This document shows positions 46,801-57,159 of a stretch of 64,000 nucleotides of DNA, piece after piece. Every line of letters begins with the position of its first letter. Position 1 is the stretch's first letter. The position numbers and the translations under genes are program-made. Location of the stretch: positions 2,294,001-2,358,000 of the forward strand of contig NC_135815.1 in assembly GCF_964213995.1 (NCBI RefSeq), given 5' to 3'. Source of the stretch: Mustelus asterias. Its lineage: Eukaryota. The notes below the pieces were generated by a model. The model searched no databases, was not told the origin of the DNA, and was given only the letters and a program-made list of their open reading frames with translations.

Positions 46801-49800
46801 CACCAGGTTAAATTGCACTGATCTGATGAAGGAGCAGTGCTCCGAAAGCTCGTGCCACCAAATAAACCTGTTGGACTTTAACCTGGTGTTGTGAGACTTC
46901 TTACTGTGCCCACCCCAGTCCAACGCCGGCATCTTCACATCATAGGTAAGATGGGTATAGAGGAATTGGGCCAAATACGGGCAATTGGGACTAATTTAGT
47001 GGCAAAGACTGGGTGGCATGGACAAGTTAAGCCAAAGGGCCTGTTTCCATGCTGTAAACCTCTATGACTCTATGACGCATGCGCACACACACGCACACAC
47101 ACACACATACACACACACACACACACTTGACAAACAAGTACATGCAACATCATGCACAGATACTCCCTCATTCATTAGGAACTACTGGGAATAGGTTGGT
47201 AAGACTCACCTGTACTTTGCGCTTCTACTGGCTCGTGCCTGACCTCTGCTTCTCTCGAGGAACTCCATCACGACCCACAATGCACCCTCAGTATAGGGAA
47301 GGCTCTACCTCCCGTTGTATCAAAGTGAGAATGGGAGATGTGTGAAAGAGAGATGAGATTGCTTTCACAGGATGTGGACATCGCTGGTTAGGCCAGCATT
47401 AATGAATGGCAGGACACTGGAAGCTCAGAGGGACAGATGGATTTTGGAGCACTTATTCACAGATCCCTGAAGGTGGCGGGACACGTGAATAGGATAGTTA
47501 AAAAGGCAAATGGGACACTTGCCTTTATCTCTACATCCTCCTCCCAGATCACCCTCTCACTCTCTCTAACAGAGAACCGCAGGGACTGCGGCAGTTCAAG
47601 ATTCCAGCTCACCACCAGGGAGGTGGAGGCAGGTTCGATCGAGGTATTGGAAAGGGAATTAGATTGCTATCTGAAAAGAAAGAATGTGCAAGACTGTGGG
47701 GATAAGGCAGGGAGTAGGACTCGGTAGAATCCTCCATCAGAGAGTCAGTGCAGACCCGATGGGTTGAAGGGCTTCTGCCTGCATTGTAAAGTTTCTGTGA
47801 GAGGTTGTGTTTGTAATGAACTGTAATGATGCACATTACAGACTTTGTCAGGAACACAAAGAGAATTTATGAATTCGGAAACACTGTGCAGAGGCCAGCA
47901 ATCCCCCGGCTGTCCCAGTCCCTAAATGTCTTCAGACTGTCTCCGCGTAAGGTAGGACTCCACCCCGTGGGGTAATTACCCACTCTCTGTGCTAATTGGT
48001 TCCTCAAATCAGGTAAACCACTTCTGCTGTGTTGCCCTTAAAGGGACAGTCACCACATTCCCCCCTATTTAACTCTCTTATACAATCTTCAACAACTAAG
48101 TTACTCAAGCTCAAATTCTAACTAAACATTACACACCTGAGTTGGACAATTATAAATCCAGTCTCTGAGGGGTTTTCTGTATCGTGTAGAATGGTGTAAC
48201 TCTGTAGTCTGAGATACTTCCACACAATGGACATTAACAGGAGTGACAATAACGCCTCCCTCTTCTGGCACAGGCAGTTCATTACAACTTGTTTCCACGG
48301 ACACATCAGTTTGTCTATAATGGGCCAATCGGGTACTTTGGTGCTCACAGGTTCAAAAACCTTTCATGACGGTTCATTGATGAGATCTTGAGGCTTGTGT
48401 CCAAACACAAACACTTTTATTAGAAACCATAGAAAATTACAGCTCAGAAACAGGCCTTTTGGCCCTTCTTGTCTGTGCCGAACCATTTTGTGCCTAGTCC
48501 CACTGACCTGCACTTGGACCATATCCCGCCACACCCCTCTCATCCATGAACCCGTCCAAGTTTTTCTTAAATGTTAAAAGTGACCCCGCATTTACCACTT
48601 TATCCGGCAGCTCATTCCACACTCCCACCACTCTCTGCGCGAAGAAGCTCCCCCTAATATTCCCTTTAAACTTTCCTCCTTTCACCCTTAACCCATGCCC
48701 TCTGGTTTTTTTCTCCCCTAGCCTCAGCGGAAAAAGCCTGCTTGCATTCACTCTATCTATACCCATCAAAATCTTATACACCTCTATCAGATCTCCCCTC
48801 AATCTTCTACGCTCCAGGGAATAAAGTCCCAACCTATTCAATCTCTCTCTGTAACTCAGCTTCTCAAGTCCCGGCAACATCCTTGTGAACCTTCTCTGCA
48901 CTCTTTCAATCTTATTTACATCCTTCCTGTAACTAGGTGACCAAAACTGTACACAATACTCCAAATTTGGCCTCACCAATGCCTTATATAACCTTGTAAG
49001 AAGTTTAACAACACCAGGTTAAAGTCCAACAGGTTTATTTGGTAGCAAAAGCCACACAAGCTTTATATAACCTTACCATAACACTCCAACTTTTATACTC
49101 GATACTCCGATTTATAAAGGCCAATGTACCAAACGCACTCTTTACGACCCTATCCACCTGTGACGTCACTTTTAGGGAATTCTGTACCTGTATTCCCAGA
49201 TCCCTCTGTTCAACTGCACTCTTCAGAGTCCTACCATTTACCCCGTACGTTCATCTTTGGTTTGTCCTTCCAAAGTGCAATATCTCACACTTGTCTGCGT
49301 TAAATTCCATTTGCCATTTTTCAGCCCATTTTTCTAGTTGGTCCAAATCCCTCTGCAAGCTTTGAAAACCTTCCTCACTGTCCACTACACCTCCAATCTT
49401 TGTATCATCAGCAAACCTGCTGATCCAATTGACCACATTATCATCCAGATCATTGATATAGATGACAAACAACAATGGACCCAACACCGATCCCTGCGGC
49501 ACACCACTAGTCACAGGCCTCCACTCAGGCTCCACTATTGTTAGGCTTTAACTATGTACAGTTCCAAATATAGTCTTGCATGGAGCTGTTCCATACAGGC
49601 TTGCTGCTTTTCCATTTGCGGGACAGTTTTAGCAATCTTGTTCTGGGAGTAATCTCAGTTTCTTTCTCTGTCTGAATTGCTGATTCTGCATCAATTCCAA
49701 TGTTTTAGCTCTTCAGTTAATTTCTCACTGTCAAGCTTCCTTCTTCAAGCTCTCATTCTCCTGATACAATTCTTCACTGAACCTGTTCTTATTTCCGAGT

Positions 49801-52358
49801 TGTTTTTTAAAGAGCTCAGTTTATTCTCTATTGTCTCATTAAATTCTTCATCTTGACTTCATTTTGTCAATTTTTGCAACTTTTTTCCAATTTGTTGTCA
49901 GTGATTTCATCTTGTTGTTTTAAACACTGTGCATCCCCCAGCTGTCTCAGCCCCTACACATCTTCAGACTGTCTCTGCGTAAGGTAGGACTCCACGCCGT
50001 GGGGTGATGACCCACTCTCTGTCCCAATTAGTCCCTCAAGTCAGGTGACCCTCTTCTCCTGTGTTGCCCTTAAAGGGACAGTCACCACATGTACTTTACC
50101 TCTTGCTGAATGAAAGTGTTTTAGAAATAATCAGATTCATGGAAACATAAATGTCTCCAGATTATAATTCCTGACCCTTTGTAATCAGGATTTAATATTT
50201 TCCCATTTTTACTATAGCTCCTTGACCTAATCTTTACAGTTTACATCTTGTTTCAGAAATTGAAAGATTCTCCAGCAGACTTGGACCCAACGTACATGGT
50301 AAATATCTCTCCCCACAATGCACTGGGATATGTCTGAGGATCAACATTCACCACATGCTAAAGTTTCCGCTTTCTGGGATCTCATTGGCCCCAAGTATTC
50401 TATTGACAAGTCTATCCACGAATCACAAGCAATGGGAATGGGTTAGGTGACGAAACAAATATCCAACCATGTTGGACATCCTACTGGATTCTCATGTCAT
50501 TGGCTTAGTGTGCTGGTGAATTACCATCTCCACTTTCCAATCTCATTGCGGTCCAATCCCAGCCTCACACCATCACCCCCTTCCCCCCGCAAGCCACAGG
50601 GACAAACCTCATTATCTCCCCCTCGAGCACCAGAGACTCTCTGCTCTCATTCCCAATCCTCTGTCTCCATGATCACTGCCAACCTCACAAAGCTGTGGCC
50701 ACCCACTGTGTCCCACAATTATCAGAGAGAGTTAAAACCCTCCATTAATATCCCTCCTCTCACAACCTCCAAACACCTCAAATCCCTTTACACCGAGTGA
50801 AGAGCTTTGGACGTGCAGTCATTGTTGTAGTTTGGGATAGAAAGCAACCAATTGGAGCACAGCAAGAACACTGGGAGAGCTCTGCTGCTTTTAGAGTATT
50901 AAATCATAAATATGGGGTGAGGATTCACTGCGCCCCCTCCAGCCTGCTCCACTCGTCAACACAACCATGGCCAATCTTCTCCCTCACATCCACTGTCCCA
51001 GCCATTCCTCAAACCACTTAATTCCCAGAGAGACCCAAAATCTGTCTATAGCAGCCTTAAATTCACTCAACGAAGGAGCACCCACACCCTCTGGGGTAGC
51101 GAGTTCCAAAGATTCACAACCCTTTGAGTGAAGACATTTCTTCAATGTCGTGCTGTGAGATTCAGCACATCCACCTGACAGAGGGCCTCGGTCTAACACC
51201 TCGTCCAAAAGACTGCACTTCTGACACTACAGCACTCCCTCAGTACTGCACAGAAAAGGCAGCCTGGGTTATAGAATCAAACCTCGAGCCTGGGGTTTGA
51301 AGCCACAATCAGCCTCAAATTCAAACATGCTTCCACTGAGCCAACACGTAGGAATTGGGGAAGCTGCGAACATCCATCCAAATACAGTCAAATAAATTAC
51401 TTTCACCTTGAAGCGAGTGTTGTTAGAATGTAAAAACATTCCAAATAAGCCTCTCATTGTGCACATGTTACGAGATCACAATTTCTAACATGTCTCTATT
51501 TTCTGTTAGGCGTTACAGCAAAGACCTGAGTCGATATACAGTGACCTTAAAGGTATGTTTCTATTCCATTTCACCAAGGTTCAGGAAAAGCAGCTGATTT
51601 AGAACTATAGAATGCCTACAGTGCAGAAAGAGGCCATTCAGCCCATCGAGTTGGCACGACTCTCTGAAAGAGTATCTCACCCAGGCCCTTCTCTCAGTCC
51701 TATCCCCATAATCCTGTGCGTTCCCATGGATAATCCACCTAACCTATACATCTTTGGAATCCATGGTGAAACTGATGCAAACTTTCACTCACAATGGACC
51801 CATAACAACAACACTGCATAGAATTGACAGAGAGCTGTGAGTCCAGTGTGGCAATGGACCATTATTAACCCCATGTGCTAACACACTGAATGCTGTGTGT
51901 GATATATAACAAATACACACGCGCATTTCCACACCTGGACCTGAATATAGACAAATAGACACACGTTCACAAATGTACATAGACACACAAACATACAGAA
52001 CCATCCACAAACACACATGTACTTACACACATACATTCAGTAACACGCACACACACATTTCACACCGTGATTCCCAATATGTGGAGTGGGAATACTGAAC
52101 AATTTCGCTTCCTACCCCCTCAGTGTTAAGACCAACTGTCGCCCCGACTCCCATTCCATCTGGGATCAACTCACTCAGCACAGGCTGGAGATAGAGTCTT
52201 GGAGTTTCTAGTCATTAATAATGGAATTACAACCTGGAGATCCTCATCAGAGGACCGGAAATGATCCTTTATTCTCACATTTGCTGCAGGATTAATTTTG
52301 GAAACTAATTGATTTTAATTTTGTTTGAACAGGCGATAAACAAACTCCCGATTCCTGA
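22501..52358 (+). CDS. Multi-exon IgSF receptor gene: 4 germline-joined VJ-type V domains, TM, cytoplasmic NPxY + ITAM (5'-partial, no intact leader exon found)
   Basis: Ten exons with AG/GT boundaries. Intron phases 1,1,1,1,1,2,1,0,0,1 join into a stop-free frame: 1724 nt plus 1 nt from an upstream exon = 574 aa plus TGA at 52356-58. Inclusion of V1 and V2 in the same transcript is inferred from phase compatibility only. Confidence 0.8.
23159..30100. mobile_element. Cluster of nested CR1 fragments in both orientations (intron V1-V2)
   Basis: RT ORFs 23508-24827(+), 25073-25579(-), 25871-26667(-), 26683-27642(+), 27484-30104(-). Host intron remnants at about 23340-23396 and 25588-25607. Confidence 0.88.
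28124..28340. mobile_element. Palindromic non-autonomous Penelope derivative with two inverted hammerhead motifs
   Basis: Arms match the ends of 6211-7440; centre caggtgag-a-ctcacctg; TSD about gacctcccc(t)gta. Confidence 0.8.
30160..30515 (+). mobile_element. Penelope-type 3'/pseudo-LTR fragment abutting exon V2
   Basis: Hammerhead-like ctgacga-agggtc..gactc-gaaa (30415-30441) and a T-rich tail that replaces the native acceptor. Confidence 0.6.
30518..30853 (+). CDS. Exon V2: VJ-type V domain, paralog of V1 with a replaced splice acceptor
   Basis: About 95% identical to V1 by eye. Acceptor ttgtgtttttgttccag|TC keeps phase 1; donor A|gtgagt; ends YYCSVWRGTWVWGKGSRLNVT. Confidence 0.88.
31590..31850 (+). 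mobile_element. tRNA-derived SINE
   Basis: A-box-like gtggtgcagtg and B-box gttcgaatccc; body matches the fragment at about 55925-56098. Confidence 0.7.
31922..33080 (+). mobile_element. Solo LTR with a related LTR nested at about 32220-32990
   Basis: 4-bp TSD GAAT (31918-21, 33081-84); ends CCCTAACA; inner copy flanked by CTTTA direct repeats. Confidence 0.75.
33450..34075 (+). mobile_element. Degenerate CR1 3' fragment
   Basis: Decayed RT C-terminus and ggctcgaggggccaaatggcct tail. Confidence 0.65.
34333..34861 (+). pseudogene. Decayed leader exon (34333-34380) plus VJ-type V exon (34494-34861)
   Basis: MLFTHPLTILGFTFCS is followed by 'ataaga' (donor GT>AT). A strong acceptor ctttattctccccacag precedes MLPKTSA.. 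Frameshifted V-like motifs: IILY(F), TVQWFW, SRFRG, IELKTVRLNS, and NGD-(G)SKLRE G|ataagt (second GT>AT donor). Confidence 0.5.
34871..37033. mobile_element. Non-autonomous TIR DNA transposon (possibly PIF/Harbinger-like) with a CR1 insert at about 35075-36190
   Basis: TIRs gggcgattctccca / tgggagaattgccc; GC-rich interior; CR1 RT ORFs 35226-36103. Confidence 0.65.
37798..38142 (+). CDS. Exon V3: VJ-type V domain
   Basis: Acceptor ttttcctctttttaaag|GT, donor A|gtaagt; ends DTAVYYCSVWGDISGNGTQLNVT. Confidence 0.93.
38450..39460 (-). mobile_element. L2-clade LINE 3' fragment
   Basis: AGVPQDS..GPTIF..KLNWASHI..MEYSPLVW..LKKLDTIQ; related to 53572-54390. Confidence 0.75.
40766..41050 (+). mobile_element. 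V-SINE (HE1-like)
   Basis: tRNA-like head plus the V-domain core gtgtggagtctgcacgttctccccg..gggtttcctcc..ggtttcctcc. Confidence 0.8.
41141..41488 (+). CDS. Exon V4: divergent membrane-proximal VJ-type V domain
   Basis: Acceptor ttctttctcaatattaacag|CT, donor ACT G|gtaagt. Translation PLSDPVLMQYP..GQAVDLQC..DTDVHW..RFQPSR..DTAVYRCSVWSYIHGAGTQLNVT is homologous to V1-3. Confidence 0.92.
41788..42257. repeat. 59-bp tandem repeat, about 8 copies, inside a degenerate CR1 (-) (about 41640-42850)
   Basis: Unit tctccaccacactctcagacagtgcattccagatcctaaccactcgctgtgtgaatctg. Confidence 0.9.
43419..43569 (+). CDS. Transmembrane exon
   Basis: attttacag|AA...CCA AG|gtaaat. Encodes (E)ESSSNNPWISDPVVLSLAIILPLVVLFCIALLTGYLVKKRFCSAKNSTP: a hydrophobic, uncharged span followed by a KKR stop-transfer. 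Phase 1 in, phase 2 out. Confidence 0.88.
44421..44464 (+). CDS. Cytoplasmic exon 1 (NPVYETV)
   Basis: catttctttag|G...GAT A|gtaagt; (R)VPDGDQNPVYETVD. Phase 2 to 1 is exactly what is needed to link the TM exon to the next exon. Confidence 0.82.
45382..45425 (+). CDS. Cytoplasmic exon 2
   Basis: gtttcctttcag|AT...TTG|gtaagg; (N)KTQSSNQEAASSAL; phase 1 to 0. Confidence 0.78.
45785..46340. repeat. CA-rich simple repeat containing an assembly gap (N 45805-45999)
   Basis: Direct inspection. Confidence 0.95.
46340..47075 (+). mobile_element. CR1 3' fragment with a Penelope mini-element at 46779-46943
   Basis: PHLEYCAQFW.. ORF; insert flanked by TSD ggtaagatg; hammerhead core at 46823-46851. Confidence 0.8.
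47822..50089 (-). mobile_element. Deleted LTR retroelement (two LTR copies) with a CR1 insert at about 48422-49540
   Basis: About 155-bp direct repeats (47903-48057 vs 49935-50089); polypurine tract (aaatagggggga on -) adjacent to the 3' LTR. The CR1 holds a Penelope fragment at 48996-49061 (TSD ttatataacctt). Confidence 0.7.
50257..50298 (+). CDS. Cytoplasmic exon 3 (first part of ITAM)
   Basis: catcttgtttcag|AAA...TAC ATG|gtaaat; KLKDSPADLDPTYM; phase 0 to 0. Confidence 0.85.
51150..51350 (-). mobile_element. DeuSINE-like fragment
   Basis: Reverse complement gives tgcagtactgagggagtgctg..tgtcaga..gtctttt..gaggccc, resembling the Deu domain. Confidence 0.55.
51510..51552 (+). CDS. Cytoplasmic exon 4 (second part of ITAM)
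   Basis: tattttctgttag|GCG...AAA G|gtatgt; ALQQRPESIYSDLK; completes YMAL-x7-YSDL. Confidence 0.85.
52333..52358 (+). CDS. Terminal coding exon
   Basis: ttttgtttgaacag|GC GAT AAA CAA ACT CCC GAT TCC TGA = (G)DKQTPDS*; phase 1. Confidence 0.7.
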
Positions 52359-53571
52359 ACTACAGAAGATAACGTTTCATATGATACCATTCTGAGAGCA
52401 GGAGCATAGGGACCATCAGGAACATGTTCAAAACAGTGTCCTCATTTCATAGATCAACTCCTTATCCTCACATTCTCCCCACTTTCCCAATTCCACCCAG
52501 CATCTTTCCCCATTTCCCCACGCTGCACTGTCGCTCCTCACCAATCTACCTACCTTCGCCCCATTTCCCCATTTTCCACTATGTTCTTCTCAGCAATCTC
52601 CCCACCTTCTCTCCGATACACAGTCCTAACTCCTGATCTTCCAGACTAACACCCAACCCAACAAGCTATCCCTTCCCCCCACACCCCTACCCCACTTGTC
52701 CCCTCATTAAATTGCTCAGTTCCTACTCCCTCCATAAACATTCCTCTGTTATCCATTTATTTATTTATCCATTTATTCTGCCTGATCCCATGGCCCTACA
52801 TTCATAGAACCATAGAATGGCTGCAACACAGAAGGAGGCCATTCATCCTGGTGTCTGTGCTGACCCTCTGAAGAAGCAATTCACCAAATGTCACTCCCCT
52901 GCCTTTTCCCCATAGCCCTGTCAACATTTCCCTTTCAGATAAGGATCCAATTCCCCTTTGAAATCCTTGATTAACCCTTCATCCACCAGACTCTCTCAGG
53001 CAGTGCATTCCAGATCTTACCCAGTCGCTGGGTCAAAAGGTTTCTCCTCGTTTTGCCATTGTTTCCTGTGATAATTACTTCAAAACTGTGTCCTCTGCTT
53101 CCCCATCCTTCCAGCAATTGGAACAGTTTCTCCCGATCCACTCTGTCCAGACTCCTCCTGATTTTGAACATCTCTATTCAATCTCCTCTCAACGTTCTCT
53201 TCCCCAAGGAGAACAGTCCCAATTTCTCCAATCTATCTTCATAACTAAAATTCCTCATCCCTACAGCCATTCTCATGGTGATTACTGACACCAGAAGTGC
53301 GGTCGGATGGTCAATAGGATCGAGGAGGTTTGTGTGGGGCTGGAGGAAATTCCAGATGGTGTTTATTGCAGTAAACTTCAGATTTCAATCTCCCTAATTA
53401 TCACTCTGTAGTTTTTAGCTTTAGTTTAGTTCTCTCAGTAGTTTTATACTCGACTATATTAGATAATCCAAGTGAGCAGTGTACCTCAGATTTCATACAG
53501 CTGTGTAGAAAATACACACAGAAACAGGCCATTCGGCCCATTAAAGCCGACACAATCTGTGCCAATATGTA

Positions 53572-54390
53572 TCAAGACCGGACAACATTCAGTCTTGGGC
53601 TGACAAGTGGTAAGTAACATTCACACCACACAGGTGCCAGGCAAAGACCATCTCCAACCAGAGAGCATCTAACCATCTCCCCTTGACATTCAATGGCATC
53701 ACCATCACTGAATCTCCAACTATCAACAACATGGAGGTTACCATTCACCAGACACTGAACTGGACTGGCCATATCAACACTGTGATCACCAGAGCAGGTC
53801 AGAGACTGGGAATTTTACAAATAGTAACTCACCTCCTGACTCCACAAAGCCTATTCACGAATTACATGTCACAAGTCAGCAATGTACTGGAATACTCCCC
53901 ACTTGCCTGGATGGGTGCAGCTCCAACAACACTCAAGAAGCTCGACACCATCGAGGACAAAGCAGCCCGCTTGATTGGCATCACACCTACAAACATTCAC
54001 TCCCTCCACAACCGACACTCAGTAGCAGCAGTGTGTACCATTTACAAGATGCCCAACAGCAATTCACCAAAAATCCTTCGTCAGCACCTTCCAAACCCAT
54101 GACCACTTCCATCTGAAAGGACAAGGGCAGCAGATACATGGGAACGCCACCACCTGCAAGTTCCCCTCCAAGTCACTCACCATCCTGACGAGGAAATATA
54201 TCGCCGTTCCTTCACAGTCACTGGTTCACAATCCTGGAATTTCCTTCCTAACGGCATTGTGGGACAACCCACAGCACGTGGACAGCAGCGATTCAAGAAG
54301 GCAGCTCACCACCACCTTCTCAAGGGCAACTAGGGATGGGCAATAAATGCTGACCAGCCAGCGACGCCCATCTCCCATGAATGAATTTTT
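53572..54390 (+). mobile_element. L2-clade LINE 3' fragment
   Basis: ORF 53683-54102 and tail gggatgggcaataaatgct..(atga)n. Confidence 0.75.
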
Positions 54391-54642
54391 AAAATCCCAC
54401 CACTATTCTTTATTTGCTTACTAACTTTCCCTTAACTGTATCTATGCCAATCGCTTCAATGAGGAAATGGAGCATGTTTTAAATAATTTGTATTTGTATA
54501 TGTGGGAATTTTAAATAAGTTATCGCTTCAATTAAGTTTAATTCTGTAATTCTGTATTTGTGCTAAAAGGGTGAAATCTTCAATTTTAGTTTCATTTTTA
54601 AAAGTTGTTTGCAAGTCTATACCATGGTTTAGATGTCTGCAT

Positions 54643-55730
54643 TGTAATGATGGTTTTACAATGTTAAAGCTAATACAGGGTTAAATAAAGAGGCAATTGC
54701 TCAGTAACCAGGGGCCACACAGAGACAGTCAGAGCAGTTAGTTCAGTTGAAAGAAAGTAACCCAGGAGTAAGCAGCTCTCTCAGAAACTGCTAGAAAATG
54801 TGGGACAATGCACAGCGACAGAAAGCCAGTCCCAAGCTAAAGAACAGAAAGTCCTCAAGACCAGCGAATGGGACAGAACGGAGTTCCAGGAGGACTGTGA
54901 AGATAAAGGAATGAAGAACAGAAATCTGGAAAAAGGTTGTGTTCAGTGAAGTCAGGAGCAGAGAGAGAGGCTCCAAGTTAAAGACAAGGGTGCAGGGTAC
55001 AGACCTAAGACATGCCAGCTTGTGGAAGATTGGTAACAAGTTAGTATAGCCTGTGAAGCAGTTGTGTTCTGTTGGCACAACTGGGCATCTGAGAGAGTGT
55101 GTGGGAGGTGAAACTAGAATGCATGTGGCAATCCTGGGCAGAGGAATACCAGAAGGAGAGGTTGAAACCCTGGAGGTAGATCCTTGGTGATCACATTGAG
55201 TAAAAGCATCATTTGGGAGAAGATTCCAAGGCTTGTTCTTCAAGAGCAGTGATTGGCATTCCTCATGTGAAAGTCAGAGTTCCAGTCAGATAATTGGCTC
55301 ACAGCGTGAAAACCATTGGTGGGGGGAGGGGGAGTGTGGGGGTGGGGGTGGAATGGATGAGAAATCTACAGAAATTGTTTTGGTGGCATCTGTCACTTAG
55401 TTTCAGAGTGTGGGATGTCCGACCACAACTTTTCTCTTGGTTTATATGGACTGCGTACTTACTGAGTATATTCGAGTTTAAGATAGGATTTAGTAACTTG
55501 TGTTACCCCTAACAATCTGTACATATCTGAAAAGTCTAGCTGGGTGAAGGAATAATGTGTTATAGCCAATCATTTCCTGAATAAATGTTTGATCTTTTGT
55601 TAAGAGTTGATTGGCAGTCCTGTGACTCTGTTCAGCAGCTCCATCCATGGATCTAAATAAAATATCCATCAAGCCGGCTTCCACCCTGGGCTCTGACTTC
55701 TTCAGCAGTAACATCAGCTGCATCAGAACA
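54643..55730 (+). mobile_element. Probable solo LTR
   Basis: TGTAA...AACA termini and internal AATAAA; no TSD confirmed. Confidence 0.45.
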
Positions 55731-57159
55731 CTTGAGCCACTTGCTGTGAGTTCCACATTCTGACCACTCTCTGGGGAAAGATCTTTCTTCTGAATTTCCC
55801 ATTGGATTAATTAGTGACTATCTGATATCGATGGTCTCTGTTTTCATTCTTCTCCACAAATGGAGACTCTCTCTGTCACGCTATCAAAACCTTCCATCAT
55901 TTTAAACATCTCCATTAGATCACTCATGTCCTTCAGGGAAGGAAATCTGCTGTCCTTACCTGGTCTGGTCTACATGTGACTCCAGAGCCACAGCAATGTG
56001 GTTGACTCTGAACAATGCCTTCTGAAATGGAGGGTCGTTAGTGATGGGTAATAAATGCTGGTCCAGCCAGTGACACCCACACCCCGTGAATGAATTTTTA
56101 AATAATAATTTGTCTTCTCTTTTCAAGAGAAAAGAACCCAGCCCAATAATCTTTTCCTGACTGGAATAATTTCCAGTCCTGGTGTGATCTTTGTAAATCC
56201 TCTTCGACATAGAATATAGAATATAGAACATTACATCTAAAATGGTGACCAGGAATGTACACTGTGGCCCAAATGGTGAGGAAGTGAGGATTGATATCAG
56301 CTCAGCGAAACGTCACTATTTTTCAATCCTATCCCTCGAGAAATAAAACTCAGCCTTTGTTTTGCTTGTGTGACGACCTTATTGGTCTGTGCCATCCTTG
56401 TCAGTGACCTGTGTGTTCATTCTCCCAGATCCCCCCATATCTATTTGCATTCTACATTTCCAAGCAATCTGATCTCCTTATTTTACTTCCCAAAATGGAA
56501 TATCGATGTCAAAGTGAATTTTCCAATGATAAATCCGTGATGTCAATGTATTCATGTCCTCCTGTGAACCGTTCCACACAACATTGATTCTCACCATCAC
56601 CAACCTGCCATCACGCTCGGGTTTAGGGATTGAAGAATTGAAGAGTGTCTCTGTGAAATTGTAAACCACATCTCCATCTGAGACAGAGAAGCTCTGAAAC
56701 ATATATTGTACAATCATCAGCAAAGTGATGGAAGAGGTCATCAACAGTGCAATCAAGAGGCACTTACTCAGCAATAACCTGCTCAGTGACGCCCAGTTTG
56801 GGTTTTGCCAGGGTCACTCAGCTCCTGACCTCATTACAGTCTTGGTTCAAACATGGACAAAAGAGCTGAACTCCAGGTGAGGTGAGAATGACTGCCCTCG
56901 ACATCAAGGCAGCATTTGACTGAGTGTGGAGTCAAGGAGCCCGAGCAAAACTGGAGTCGATGGGAATCATAAGCAGGGACTCTCCCCTTCCGTTCTGTTT
57001 CAGGGAGCGTTAAAGTGCAGTCGGAGTTTGAGAGTCGGCTGCTGAGCGTTACGCTCTGATGCTCGCGCTGGTGAGCACCAATCACTCGCGATCCTTAAAA
57101 TCTTACCCTAGGGTATGTTTAACTGAGATCCCCTCCCATTCTTCCAAATTCCAGTCAAT

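Noticed and set aside
56581-56607. TLILTITNL resembling a V-domain E strand
   Set aside because: No DxAxYYC follows, and it sits next to decayed CR1 sequence.
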